A DNA stretch of 64,000 nt, from positions 26,164,001 through 26,228,000 of the forward strand of contig CM069159.1 of assembly GCA_035221665.1 (NCBI GenBank). Reading direction: 5' to 3'. The stretch comes from Okamejei kenojei. Lineage: Eukaryota. Numbering within the stretch: position 1 is the stretch's first letter; each line of letters starts with the position of its first letter. Under the pieces are notes generated by a model that was given only the letters and a program-made list of their open reading frames with translations, did no database searches and was not told where the DNA came from. Shown one piece after another: positions 1 to 13,289 of this stretch. A program made the translations under genes and the position numbers.

Positions 1-262
1 ACTTTATCCCTTAGAGTGAAGGGGACTGTAATAATCTTATATAGATGTAAAGAAAAGGATTGTAAAGCTCAGGAACTATATGGGTGATGAGATTTGTTGT
101 AAATATAGTAAAACATATGTAAGGTAAAATATTGAACAGGGCCCTTGAGGAATATGGGAAGCAGGAGGGAATTGTAACAAGGAATCAGTTGGGCTAAAAT
201 AAGCAATAAAATGTCCTAAGCGCATAGAGCTAAGAAAATTTCCAAAGTGTTTTATCTGTATA

Positions 263-971
263 TTAGACCAAGTGGGACCTGTTGGGCCCCGTCCCCTAGT
301 GCAATAAACCACCACTCACCCATAGCCCCCACGGGAGGCCTGGTCCCTCAACGCAACCTGTTCCCCAATGTAAGATTCCAAAACTAATCCATTGGGTCCC
401 TGTCACACGGGAGGCCTGGTCCCCCAACGCAACCCGTTCCCCAACCCAATATTGCACCACTAACCCATAGCCCCCATGGGAAGCATGGTCCCCCAACTGA
501 AGCCGTTCCTGAACTAAAGATTCCAGCACTCCCCTGCCTGCTGCAGCAGTTCCAATTGCAATACCAATTCACCCTCTCCCTCGTGTTGAAGCACTTGCTG
601 TGATATCCCATTGAAGTGAAAAGTTCACAGTGTTTCTGTATTGCAACTTTGTATTGAAGTGTGTTGGAAGCTGGCAGGAAGAATTTTAAGGGTAAAAATC
701 TTAATAAAGTTGGCATTTTCAAAGCTTTAATTATCAATGACTTGTAAAATATAGCATCATCACTGGAAGCTCCTGGAAAAAGGCTCTCTGTGAGAAGCTG
801 CTGTTACCGTTGGCAACATCCCATTGTGATGTCATTGTGGCACGCGGCAGCTTGAGGAAAAATGTGAGTTAGAATATGTAAGATTTTAAGCGCTAGCGCT
901 TAGCATTTTGAGGAAGATACAAAACATACATGCACACACAAGCAGACAAGATGAGACCTTTGGTATATAGA
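263..971 (-). mobile_element. Non-autonomous Helitron (complete ends)
   Basis: On the minus strand it starts A|TCTATATACC at 971 and ends ...GGTCTAA|T at 263 (CTRR). A GC-rich subterminal hairpin lies at 274-289. It is inserted in an A|T dinucleotide with no TSD, and has internal tandem repeats (308-510) and a simple-repeat stretch near the 5' end. Confidence 0.7.
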
Positions 972-1039
972 TTGATAGTTAGAGGGTTGCTAGGTAAAGG
1001 GTAGGACTACAAAGAGAAAACAAGGTCATTTATATCTGG

Positions 1040-1226
1040 AACCAGAGGAAGTGAGCGAGATACGAAACAAGTAGATATTAATACAACATATAAGACATTT
1101 GGACAATACATGGTTTACAAAGGCTTAGAGGGATATTGGCCAAACCCAGGCAAATGGGACTGCCATAGATTGTGCATCTTGGTCGGTATGAACAAGTTGG
1201 ACTGTTCCTGTGCTGTATGACTCAAT
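1040..1226 (+). mobile_element. CR1/HER1-like LINE 3' end fragment
   Basis: Degenerate match to the CR1 3' end seen many times in this window (gacatttggaca...tagagggata.gggccaaa...ggcaaatgggact...gtgctgtatgactc). Confidence 0.6.
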
Positions 1227-1227
1227 T

Positions 1228-1825
1228 ACTGTCCTCTCCCCTTTATTTCCTTATCCCACTCTCTTCTTCTTACCCCAATAATTCCTTTCCCTCCTATTCC
1301 TCTCTGCCTCTATTCCTCCCCCCTCTCATCTATCCTCTCCTTCCTTCCCCATTCCCACCTCACCCCTCCTCTGTCTCGCCACTTCCATTTCCCTTTCTGC
1401 TGCTCTTATTTCTCGCAATCTCCCACATTCGTTAATTCTCCGTTCCTTCCTCACTCCTCACCATCCCCTCAAAGCTTTTCTCCTCCCTACCTCCTTCCAT
1501 TCAATTTCCTGCCTTTCCCTCTCCCCTTCATTTCCTCTTCCTTCTACCATGCTTTCTCTCTCGCTCTTTCTCCCTCTAAGCTTCCACCTCTGTTAATTTA
1601 TTTCTCCCTCCTCCTCTTCACGCTCTTTTCTAAACCCCTTTAGCTTCCTCTCCCTCATAATAGCCTCTGTTTCCATCCTTCCTCTCCCCTCCTCCCGAGG
1701 CTGCTACTGCCACATTCTCAGAACTACTAACCCAGGGGCAGTGCACAAATTCCTCTTCTGTGCTTCCAGCCTTGACCCTTCTTGCAACCCTCCCCCATTC
1801 CTTCTTCCTCTCTCCTCTTCTCAAC
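1228..1825. repeat. Polypyrimidine (CT-rich) low-complexity tract
   Basis: About 600 bp made almost entirely of C/T on the + strand. Confidence 0.85.
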
Positions 1826-3680
1826 ATACGAGGACAGAGGAGGGGGGATAAGGGGGGGGGGGGACACACATTTGTAGTCTCATTTGAAAATTGTCAGTAT
1901 CGGTAATCTCAGTATCGGGGAATAAAATAAAGCATAAAGCGCCACTGCCCCCCACCCCCAAAAAAATTCTGGACTGCATATAGCCTCTTCAACAATAAAA
2001 CAGTGAAATTGTTGGCTTTTAATATTTTTTGTTGAAAAGACACGGATAATTTTAGCTATAAAACTGTAATTTAGCATGACTTTGAGAGCTTATTTGCATG
2101 AATCCAAGTGTTTTATATATTTTTTGTATTTAAATATTTTTGACTTCTGGTGATTTATTTTTGTAAATATGACCTTAAATATCGCGCTAAATGACTGCGG
2201 GGCTGTTGGACCTTGGAATAAGGGAGCGCCCCTCACTCCACGCCACTAAAGTGTATCAGCTGGTGAGTGGAGATCGGAAACAGGACACTGCACGTTTGTG
2301 TAGAGGCTGATCTTTTATACACAGTCCCTTATTGTCCAAGTTCTTTGTTCCTTTCTGTATCTTCTCAACGACAATACTGAATGCTCCTTCCCGCAGACTC
2401 TCATATTCAAACGCTGCCCAAGTCCCCGCTGTGAAAAGTGGCTGGAGGTGGGAGTGAAGGCACTCAAAAGATTCTTCCATTGATTACGTTTTTTGTTGTG
2501 TTGCCCCGGGGGGGGGGGGGGGCAGCCCCAGGATTAGAGGCAAATTCAACCGTACACATCCGTCTGCCCCAAGGTCCAACCGCCGGATGTCCCGGCTGGT
2601 TATATAGTCAGTTGAAACTATTTGTAGAGTTAAAAGCGAAATAATTGCTTATTGTCGTCGTCATAACCCAGTAGAAACAAATGTGCCTATAATTTTAGAA
2701 CATGGTACTTTAAAATTCTGTTAGGATGTTTTGTAGAACCAATGGAAGGTACATTATTAACTGAAGACATTTACACCGTCATTTTGCAAATTCATGGAAT
2801 TATAGATGCGTAGTGCTGTGTCTCTATGTCTATGAAGCTCTTTGAAATATTTCCAAAATATTACCCTGCTGCTACATTGAAATGTATATCAATCAGACGG
2901 TGCCATTGAATCTTTGCTACAAAGTCTGTTACGAATCCCGCGTCCTGCGCGCAATTCGCCAGTCGGCACAGGGGAGGAATATGCTTCTGTTCCAATAAGG
3001 CTCTTGTTTTTCATCATTTTATGTTTACACGGGTTAAAAGTTCAAGTAAAAAAGTCAGTTCCGTCACGTGGCGAACTCATGACAGAGGATGACAAATTGT
3101 TTAAAATGTGTCCGCTAACAACCCAAGTTTGCAGCGCACCAGGATCAAGCAGACGGCAGGATCGACTTAGAATATAGTTTTATGCATTAACAAATAGGCC
3201 GTTTGAAAAATAACGTGTTACTGAATTAAATGTCGCTCTCAGTACTGATTAGTGAGCGTTGTGCCTGGAACAGTGATTTAGAGATTAGGCAGTTTGTTCA
3301 TCGTCCATTGATTTCGTTTATATATTGATTTAGTTACGTGTTTCAGCTGGTGCTTAATCTGATTTGAAATATGCACATATACTTTAACATCATACAAAAT
3401 AGGACAGGCTGGAAGAATGGGCAAAGAAGTTGCAATGGAATACAGGGTAGGATAGTGTGCTGTCATGTAAACCACCTCTTAATTTTTCAGAAGCCATCTG
3501 CCAATTTCTTTTTAAAAATACATTTAATTAGAACTAGTCTTTCGATGTTCTTCTAAAAACTGAGTAAACTGAGAAAAAAATGAAGGGATATGTGGGATGG
3601 GATGGTCAGCATCAGTGAAAGACCTCAGGCTTAAACCAATATGGTATTTTGTAAGTTCTTACTAATCAAGAATCTGTCAA

Positions 3681-3843
3681 GGAAGGAACTCTGCAGATGT
3701 GTAAGAAGTAACTGTAGATGCTGGTTTAAATGGGTGACGTTTCCGATTGAGACCTAATAAGGGTCTCGACCTGAAACGTCACCCAATCCTCTCCAGAGAT
3801 GCTGTCTGTCCCGCTGAGTTATTCCAGCATTTTGTGTCTATCT
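3681..3843. mobile_element. Penelope-like pLTR-derived short insert, head-to-head inverted
   Basis: tgggtgacgtttc...gagacct followed by its inverse agggtctcgacctgaaacgtcaccca. Flanked by a 13-bp TSD, aagaatctgtcaa (3668-3680) and aagaatcagtcaa (3844-3856). Confidence 0.75.
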
Positions 3844-3856
3844 AAGAATCAGTCAA

Positions 3857-5190
3857 TCTCCACTTTATAAAATGTCCAATGACGACCTCCACAGCTACCT
3901 AGCAATATATTCCACATTCTCTCACTAAAGAAATTCCTCATCATCTCCTTTCTAAAGATATGTCCATTGATTCTGAGGCTGTGCCTTCTGATCCTACACT
4001 CTCGCATTACTGGAAATATTCACTATTCAGTAATGTTTATAAAGTTCCCACTCATCCTTCTAAACTCCAGCAAGTACAGGCCTAGGACCATCATACGCTC
4101 ATCATACATTAACCTGATAATTCCTGTAAACCACCTCTGGCCCCTCTCCAGCACTAACTCATCCCTCCTCATAAATAGGACCCAAAACTGCTCGCAATAC
4201 TCCAAACATGGTCTGACCAGTGCCTTATCAATACTACATCCCTGCTTTTATATTCTAGTCCACTGAAAATGAATGCTAACATTGCATTTGCCTTCCTTAC
4301 AATTGATTCAAGTTACAAAGTAACCGTTTGCCATTTTGGAATCCTCTTAATATTTAGAAAATAGTTTATGCCTTTATTCCTACTACCAAAGTACATGACC
4401 GCACACTATCCTATCCTGTATTCCATTGCAACCTCTTTGCCCATTCTTCTAGCCTGTCCAAGTCCTTCTTTGGATTCCCTGCTTCCTCTACACTACCTGC
4501 CCCTCCAATTATCTATGTATCATCCACAAACTTGGCCACAAAGCCATCAATTCCAAATCATTAATATACAATGTGAAAAGTTGCAGTCTCAACACCGACG
4601 TGTGCAGAACACCATTAGTCTCTGGCAGCCAACCAGAAAAAAAACCCTTTATTCCCACTCCTTGCCTTCTGCCATTCAGCCAATCTTCTATCCATGCTAG
4701 TACCTTCCTTATAATACCATGGGCTTTCATCCCTGTTTACCAGCCTTTTGTGTGGAACCTTATCAAAGGTCTGCTGAAAATTCAAGTAAACAAGGGCCCC
4801 AACCTGAAACATGACCCATCCTTTTTCTCCAGAGATGCTACCTGCTGAGTTACTCCAGCACTTTGTGTCTATCTTTGGTAACATTCACTGACTCTCTTTT
4901 GTCTATCCTGCTATTTTCTCCATCAAGAGTTCCAACAAATTTGTCAGGCAAGATCTCCCCTTCATAAAAGGACGTTGACTTTGGCCTATTTTATCATCTG
5001 CTTCTAAGTACTCAGAAACTTCATCCTTAATAATGAACTCTAATATCTGACCCACTGAAGTTCCCCTCTTTTGCCCTGTTCCCTTTTTGAACAGTGGAGT
5101 AACATTTGTAATTTTCCAGTTCTCTGGGACCACACCTGATTCTAGTGAATCTCAAAAGTTCACTATTAATGCCAGCATCGTTATCTTCAT
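3857..5190 (-). mobile_element. CR1-type LINE ORF2 (RT) remnant, fragmented, with a nested PLE pLTR at about 4792-4876
   Basis: Minus-strand ORF pieces: VPENWKITNVTPLFKKG, FMKGRSCLTNLLE, VYLNFQQTFDKVPHKRL, KAHGIIRKVLAWIEDWLNGRRQGVGIKGFFSGW, LFTLYINDLE, EYCEQFW...LERGQRWFT. Confidence 0.9.
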
Positions 5191-5529
5191 AATCTTCCTC
5201 TTCACTTCCAGATACCACACCAATTTGGCCATCACTACCTGTGCCATGTCCAAGATCAGCTACATTGGTACAAACTAGGAATCAGTTCTGGTCTATAGCT
5301 CAGTTGCCTTCTGTGTTCACATGGCTGCTGGAATAAAATGCAGCACCTCGTCCTGAGATAAACTAATACTGGCTGCATTGCTTTACTGAACAATACTGTT
5401 GGCTTTGTTGCAAAGCGTGGTGAATGGGCAGGAATAAGTTACAAAAGTAACACTATGGTAACCCTATCCTGTTTTGAAATCTGAAGATATCATTTGCATT
5501 AAGGACTATGCCTTTGAACAATATGTCTT

Positions 5530-6780
5530 GGTATTGGGTAATTATTGTCACGTGTATTGAGATACAGTGAAAAACATTGTTTGGCATCTATCCAGGCAGA
5601 TCATAGCATACACCAGTACATCAAGGTAACGTTGAAAAGAAAAAGAAACAGTGCAGAATATAGTATTACAACTGCAGAGAAAGTGCAGTTAAAACATGTG
5701 CAAGGGCCACAATGAGATAGTGAAGATATGAGACGTCCATTCAAGAGTCTATTAACAGTGAGGAGAAGGTGTTCTCGAATCTGGTGGTACCTGCTTTTAA
5801 CCTTTTGTATATTCTGACTGGGAGAGAAGAGAAAGTGACCAGGATGGGAGTGGTCCTTGATTATCTTGGCTACTTTCCCAAGGCAGCATGAAGTGTAGAT
5901 GGAGTCCAGTGAATGCAGCAGAAGAACTTAGAACATGAAACAGTACGGCACAAAAATGGGCTCTTTGGTCTACTATATTTGTGCCAAACATGATGCCAAG
6001 ACCAACCCATATCTGCCTGCACATAATCCATACCCCTCCATTCACTGCATACACATGCGTCTATCCAAAAGTCTCCTAAATGCCACTTTTGTACCCGCTT
6101 CTACCTTCGGCAGCCTTTCCAGGCAACCGCCATTCACTGTGCAAAAATAACTCGTGCCGCACATCTCCATTAAACTTACCCCCTCTCACCTTTTAGTCGG
6201 AAATTGGGAGTTATGTGGTATTCTGGGCTGTATACACAACTCTCTGCAATTTCTTACGATCGTGGGCATACAGCTGCCATACCAAGCTACGATGCACCCT
6301 GATAGGATACGTTCCAAGGTGCCTCTGTAGAAACTGGTAAGAGTCGGTGCCAACACGCCCACGTTTTTTTTAGACTTCTGAGGAGGTGGAGGTGTGCTTT
6401 CTTGACCGTGGCATCAATGAGGTGGGACCAAGAGAAATTGTTGGTAATGTTTACACCTAGGAACTTGAAGTTTGACCGTATTCACTACAACACCATTCAT
6501 ACAGACTGTGTGGGGTATGTACTCCATCCCACTTCCTGAAGTCAAGACCAGCTCCTTCATTTTGCTGACATTGAGGGAGAGTTTGGCAGCTATGAAAACA
6601 AAGCTCTCTATCACTTTCCTGTACTCCGTTTTGTCATTATTCAAGATTTAGCCTACTATGGTGGTGTCCTCAGCAAACCTGTACGTGGAATTAGAGTAGA
6701 ATTTATAGGCAGTATAGTACTGGGATGAAAACTGCACCGGTTTTGTGAATTATCTGGGAGGATGTTTTGTCATCTATCTT
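5530..6780 (-). mobile_element. Rex1/Babar-like LINE remnant interrupted by a CR1 3' fragment (about 5925-6192)
   Basis: The 3' tail attattgtcacgtgtattgagatacagtgaaa is at 5540. ORF 6414-6644 NNDKTEYRKVIESF...LSLNVSKMKELV resembles the Rex1 RT C-terminal region. Confidence 0.7.
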
Positions 6781-6879
6781 CATTGCCTGTGGTTTTGGGG
6801 TCCGGAAGTCAAGGATACAGTTGCAGAGAGTAGTGCTGAGTCCTAGTTCCAGGGGTTTGCAGATACGTTTGGCTGGAAT

Positions 6880-8700
6880 TATTGAAAGATTTCATAGGAA
6901 CTTGTGGTGCAACCCTTTCCACACAGAGCATGTTAAGCATCTGGAATAAGCTGCCAGAAGTGTAGTGGTTGGTGCAGGTAGAATAACATTTAAAATACAT
7001 TTGGACAGGTACAAGGATACAAAGGACATGAGCAATATGGGTCAACCACAGACAAATGGAACTCGTTCAGATGGGCACATAGTTAACATGGACAAATGAT
7101 CTGAAGGGTGTGTTTCCATGCTACTAATTGTATGGTCTTACTTGTATGTTCTCCAGCATTTGGCATTTCACCCTGAGAAAATGATTCAGTCTGTGACCCT
7201 ATCTATGTCTCTCATAACTTTATGAACTTCCATCAGCTCTCCTCTCAGCCTTTCACGATCAAGCACAAGCAATCCAAGTTTTTCCATCTTTTCCTTATAG
7301 TTAATATAATCTAATTATGCAGCACACTTGTAAAACTCTTTTATACCCTCTTCATAGTCTCTATATCCTTCCTGTAATGGGGCAACCAAAATTGCACACA
7401 GTGATTAAAATGCAGTCTAACCAAAGTTTTATACAGCTGGAACATTACTTTTTCAATCTTATACTCANNNNNNNNNNNNNNNNNNNNNNNNNNNNNNNNN
7501 NNNNNNNNNNNNNNNNNNNNNNNNNNNNNNNNNNNNNNNNNNNNNNNNNNNNNNNNNNNNNNNNNNNNNNNNNNNNNNNNNNNNNNNNNNNNNNNNNNNN
7601 NNNNNNNNNNNNNNNNNNTGTAGCTACTTGTGTTGCTACTTTCAAGGAGCTAATGTTCAATGGTTCTTTATTGTCAGATGTATCGAAGGCACTGTCATTT
7701 TTTTGCATACAGTTCAGTAAAGTATTACTTTAAATAAGCACAATTTTAGATTAAGTACAAAGTGTAGGGAAATAGTCCACTGAAATAATGTCCGAATCAC
7801 CAGGTTTTGGCACCATTATCATAGTCCAAATTGCTTTGGATGCAGCTGGCCATAAAGGCCCGTTGACCTGACAGCGTTGCTGGGTTGGACTTGGCCTCCA
7901 GAATCTCTCTGTGCATCAATGTTATTGAGGCACCTGCAATTAACTGTTTACTTTCTCCTTGTATCTGATCTCCCAAAATGCAATACCTTACCAGATTAAA
8001 CTCCACAGGCCAATTCTCTTCAAATATCTGTTGCTGATCTATATCCTGCTGAATCATTTGGCAGATTTCCTTATTGTCTGCAATTCCACCTATGTTTGTG
8101 TCATCTGCATAATTAATAACCAAACCATATACATTTATGTCCAAGTCATATGACAACCACAGAGGTCCCAGCATAGATCCTTATGGAACTCCACTGGTCA
8201 TGGAACTCCACCCAGAATGCCACCCTTCCACACACGCTCTGTCTTTCTTGAGTAAACCAGTTCTGAATCGAAATGACCAACAGTGCAGAGAAGATTTACA
8301 AGGATGTTATCAGGACGTGAGGGCCTGAGCTATCAGGGGAGGATGGGCAGGCTATGGATGAGGGATAATCTTATAGAGGTGTATAAGATCATGAAAGGAA
8401 TAAATAAGGTAAATGCCCATCTTTTACCAAGGATAAATGTATCAAGAACCAGGGGACATAGGTTTAAGGTGAGGGGAAAGATTTAATAGGAACCCGAGGG
8501 GCAACATTTTCACACAGAGGTTGGTGAGTGTATGGAACGAGCTGCCAGAGGAGGTAGTTGAGGCAGGTACTATAACAGCATTTAAAGGGTATTCAAACGA
8601 GTACATGGACAGAAAAGGTTGAGTGGGATATGGGCCAAACGCGGGCAAGTGGGAGTAATGTAGGGTATCTTGGCCAAAGGGCCCATTTCTGTGCGAACAT
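6880..8700. mobile_element. Cluster of CR1 fragments in both orientations
   Basis: Minus strand: NYADDTNIGG...QQDID (7797-8174). Plus strand: QRRFTRMLSG.EGLSY..R...LIEVYKIMKG...RTRGHRFKVRG and the 3'UTR (8283-8690). Confidence 0.85.
7468..7618. other. Assembly gap (151 N)
   Basis: Run of N. Confidence 1.
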
Positions 8701-9754
8701 AGCACGTAGCGAACATCCCCTATGCTACCCTAATCAATCATTTTTGTCACCTCCTCAAAATACCCATTCAAGTTTGTAAGATATGATTTGTCCCACATAT
8801 AGGTGACTGTCCCCAAGTACCCCATTCTCTACCCAGTGTGAGTAATTGACATTTGGATCTTGCTGCTGGATGAGCTGGTGAAAGCATATACAATCACAAA
8901 ACTAAGAAGAACTTGGACAAGCACGTGACTAGTCAAGACATAGAAGTGGGCAAATGGGATTTCTGTTGATGTGCCTAAGGGCCCATTTCTGTGCTGTACA
9001 CCTCAATGACTATTCAATTCCACGGCTTTGATTGGTCTAGACTGTTGCAGATACCCTGATTGGCCGCATTTGGTTGTCTTCACTAAGGACTCACAGAGTA
9101 TAATGCACCAATGGTGCAGGCAGCCGATGTGACAAATGTCTTTTTTTGCAAGAACATAAATGTAGCATAGTATTTCAAAACTGCCTGGGGCAGAGAGGGA
9201 AGCTAGTTTCAGTATTATCTATAATTCACACAGTTCATTCTCTTTTATGGTCCATGCACTTATCTTACTGAAGGATCTTTTTGAGGTCTCCGCTTGCTCT
9301 CCCTCCTTTAGAACCTCAGTATGTTATCTTAAGTAAAGATTAAGAAAGGCTCATAAAGTATTGGAATAAAGTTGCAGAGTTGGTATGTGTTCAACAAAAT
9401 AGTCTTGTTTTTTTTATATAGTTGAAGGTCACAATGTATTCCCAAATCTTGATTTCAGAAGTAGGTATTTTAATAAAGTTTTGAAGCTGGTGAATATATG
9501 GTGCCACAGAATAGAACTTATTGGCTTTTATAATAATGTCTTTGTACAGACTGGAACCAAAATAAATAATATGCCAGGTTTGATTACTGCACCCAAAGGT
9601 GGAATAGAACATTATTTTCTATCAAACAAAACTAAATTTTGTTTTATATTTTAATGTGTGGACAGAGCAATATGTTGAGTACCTCCACAATAGTTGGACT
9701 GTAAAGATAAAAACACCTTGTGTATGAATTGTAAAATTCAAGTTTTATATTTCA

Positions 9755-11020
9755 ATGTCATTAAACTGGAAAGAGTGCAGAAAACATTTAAGAGGAAGAT
9801 GCCAGGGCTCGAGGGCCTGAGCTATAAGGAGAAGTTGGTGAGGCTAGAACTTTATTACTTGGAGTGCTGGGTGCTGAGGGGTGATCTTATAGGGGTGTAT
9901 AAAATCATGATGGGAATAGATAGGGTGAATAAAGAGTCTTTTACCCAGGGTAAGGGAATGAAGAACCAGAGAGAGAGAGATGAAAGATTTAATAGGAATC
10001 TGAGGGGCAGGTTTTTCACTCAGATGCTGGTGGAATGAGCTGCTAGAGGAGGTAGTTGAGGCAGGTACAACATTTAAAAGATACTTGTGCAGGTAGATTG
10101 ATTGAAACGGTTTAAAGGAATATGGACCAAATGCGGGCAAGTGGGACTTGCTTAGATGGGGCATCTTGGTCGGCATGGATGAGTTGGGCCGAAGACCTGT
10201 TTTCATGCCAAATGACTCTAATTAAATTTAGGCAAGAATGCTTTTGGTACCAAGTGCAATATGATGTCAAGCTCGAAGATGTTTACAATATTTTTTAATG
10301 GCCCGTCCCTCTTTGTTAAAGTAGAGGCGTTGAGTTTAGGTAAGTAAAACCAGGGCAGGACTTGCACCAAAAGTGGTTGGGCCCCATGGAGTATTGTAAA
10401 ATAGAGAGACCATGAGGTGAATGTGCATACATCCATGAGAATGATGACGGGTGGGCATGCTCGCCTTCAATAGTCAGGGTATTGAATGCAGGAGTCAAGG
10501 TGTCATGCTACAATTGTACAAATGTTAGTAAGGAGGCCCATTTGGAGTATTGTGTAGTTCTGGTTGCCCTGCTGAAGGAAGGATATTAAATTGGAAAGGG
10601 TGCAGAAACGATCTATATGGATGTTATCAGAAAGATTTGAGCTATACGGAAAAGCCAGATAGGCTGGGCCTTTCTTCGCTGGAGCGATGGAGGCTGAAGG
10701 GAGACCTTATAAAAGTTTATAAAATCATGAGAAGCTTAAACAAGGTGAATAGCCACAGTATTTTCCCCAGGGTATGTGAATCTAAAACTAGATGGCGTAT
10801 GTTTAAGGTGAGAGGGGGAAAATGAAAGGAGGAGTTGAAGGGCAATTATTTCACAAAGAGGAGGTAGAACAAGCTGCCAGAGGAAATGGTAGAGGCAGGA
10901 ACAATAACATTCATTTAAAAGACAATTGAACAGGCACATGGTTTGAAGGGATGTATATCTGGTGTATATCTAGCTTGATGTAATCTGAAGTTGGGCTGAA
11001 GGGCCTGTTTACAAGCTGTA
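9755..11020 (+). mobile_element. Two CR1 LINE 3' fragments in tandem
   Basis: LERVQKTFKRKMPGLEGLSYKEKL...RGDLIGVYKIM (9694 ORF) and LERWRLKGDLIKVYKIMR...TR..FKVRG (10550 ORF), each followed by a CR1 3'UTR. Confidence 0.85.
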
Positions 11021-12521
11021 TAGTTAGGTAGGTTTTTAAGAAGGTTCAGACGTGCATTGGACTTAATGTGACAGAGGAGGTGAGATTTAAGAAAGGCTCC
11101 ATTTCTGAATTCTTCCACCAGTTGTTACACTGGTAAATGTACATGACCCAGAGCATTGTAAAGTGGGAGTGTGCCATCTGGCTGGGAACTGCCCCAAGGA
11201 AACTTTGCAAACTACCACCACCCTTACACCTGTTCCAACCTCTTGCCTGCCCGGAAGCCAAGGAGAGGCAAAAATAAAGGAATTTTCATTGTATAATTGT
11301 TCATGTTTCTCCTGTAGGTGTGGGAAAGAAATTAGAAACCCACAATTTTTACCATAAAGTTTGTTAATTCAGTACTATTATCCTTTCAATTTTGTTCAAA
11401 AATCAGTTTAGTGGTTGCTGGTTGTCTTCCGATTTTGTATCCTCAATAAACGTTGACTTGCAATTCAGACTTAGGAGCCTTTATGGCCAAGCCTTGCCTT
11501 GCCACTTGCATCATTGCATCACAATCTGCTTGTACTAGCAATTGCTTACGGCTCTTTGACCTAATGAACAGAATTGTTATGGTTAGCTAGGGTTTACTTT
11601 AGTATACCGACCAAGAACCGACTTGAGGGATCTTGCTTTATGTCCTCAGTGAGTGATTGTGCAGTTGCCCAAGAATTGTGAGATTAGTTTCCAAATGAGC
11701 CTGTACACTCATCTCCCATTTCTGACTCGCCCAATTCCCATTAATCCCCCTTATTTTCCCTCCCCCCTGTTCACTTCCACCCATATCCCACCCTCCGGCT
11801 TTATATTTCATACCTCCTCTTCTCTCCTTTTCTTACAACCTTTTGTCTCCTTTTCACCTCTCGCCTTTGTCACTTACTCCCCCCAAATGCCAGTGAAACC
11901 CTCCCCTACCTACCTCTACCCATGTGCCAGTAAAATGCTCCCCTACCTCTCACTTGCCAAACTTTGTCCACTCGCCACCTCCCTGGAGGGTTCATCAATA
12001 AGCCTCTGTGTGAGGATGAAGTCACACAAAATGATCAGCATGTCTCCGAGTTGGCAATTAACTGCGGGAATTGACCAGACTATTAGAAACATGATATGCA
12101 TTTTATGGCATAATGCTCTCCAAGCTATGGAGTAGAATACTGATGTATTTCCGTGGCTAATGCCACAAACACTTGGTAATATATTAAATTCACCCAATAG
12201 TTTAGCATCTGATATGACCAACTGAACTAATGATTGACTTGGTAAAGAGCATACCCATTTGTATGTTAGTCAGTAGGCTGATTCCTGGACTTGTATTGCA
12301 CAATCATGACCTTCTATTTGCATCACCGTCACTCTATCTAAATGAGTACCGTCTGCGTAAAAGGAGACTCGAGATGATCATTAACCAATGTGGTTTTCCA
12401 TTTCAAAAACAATCAACTACTATCAAAAATAATGTTTGTCACTTCTGCAACACACCCAAGAGTGCATTGTTCTCCGAAAACATTTTGAACTCAATGGTAG
12501 AAACCTAAATTGGAGACGCAT

Positions 12522-12645
12522 GTAAACTGCAGGTGCCGGATTACAAAAGAGACACAAAGTGTTGGAGTAACGCAGTGGGTCAGGTAGCAACGACAAAAGA
12601 CATGGATAGGTGACGTTTCAGGTCAAGACCCTTCTTCAGACAGAT
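12522..12645 (-). mobile_element. PLE pLTR fragment with hammerhead-like core (12612-12639)
   Basis: The reverse complement reads CTGAAGAAGGGTCTTGACCTGAAACGTCACC...gttactccaacactttgtgtc. Confidence 0.75.
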
Positions 12646-13289
12646 TGTAGTAGAAAACACAGTCCCTTTGGTCCAACTTGGCCATGCCAACCACGATGCC
12701 CCATCCATGTTAGCCCTACCTGCCAACTTTTGACCCATATCCCTCTAAACCTTTCCTATCCATAAGTAGGGGGGGAAAGTTTAGTTTACAGATAAGCATG
12801 GAAACAGGCCTTTTGGCCCACCGAGTCCATGCCCACCATAGATAACCCGTCCATACTAGTCCTATGTTCTTCGACTTTCGCATATGTTCCAAGTAGACTA
12901 AGGGCAATTTACAGAGGCCACGTTCGGGTAAGAACACATGGGCAAAGAAAGCAGGAAAATAAATAACAGTATAACTAAAGGGAAGGGACGTTCTATTGAA
13001 CTTGAAGGGGCATGTTTAGATGTAATGAGAAAGGAGTGAAGTGTGCAGAAACACATTGCTAGATGGAACATTGAGGCAGGATAGCACAATCTCATGGAGA
13101 AATTTAAGATGGAAACAAGATATTCAAAATAGTGTCATGGGGTCTTCTACTTCCACCCGACACATGGGGGACGTTCAAACCTCTCTAGAATTAGATTCAA
13201 GCCCACAACCGAGATGTAGGCAACACTCTCCTCATTGCATTAAAGGTTGTCATTATGTTGTCAAACATTTCTCCCTGAACCCATGCAAA

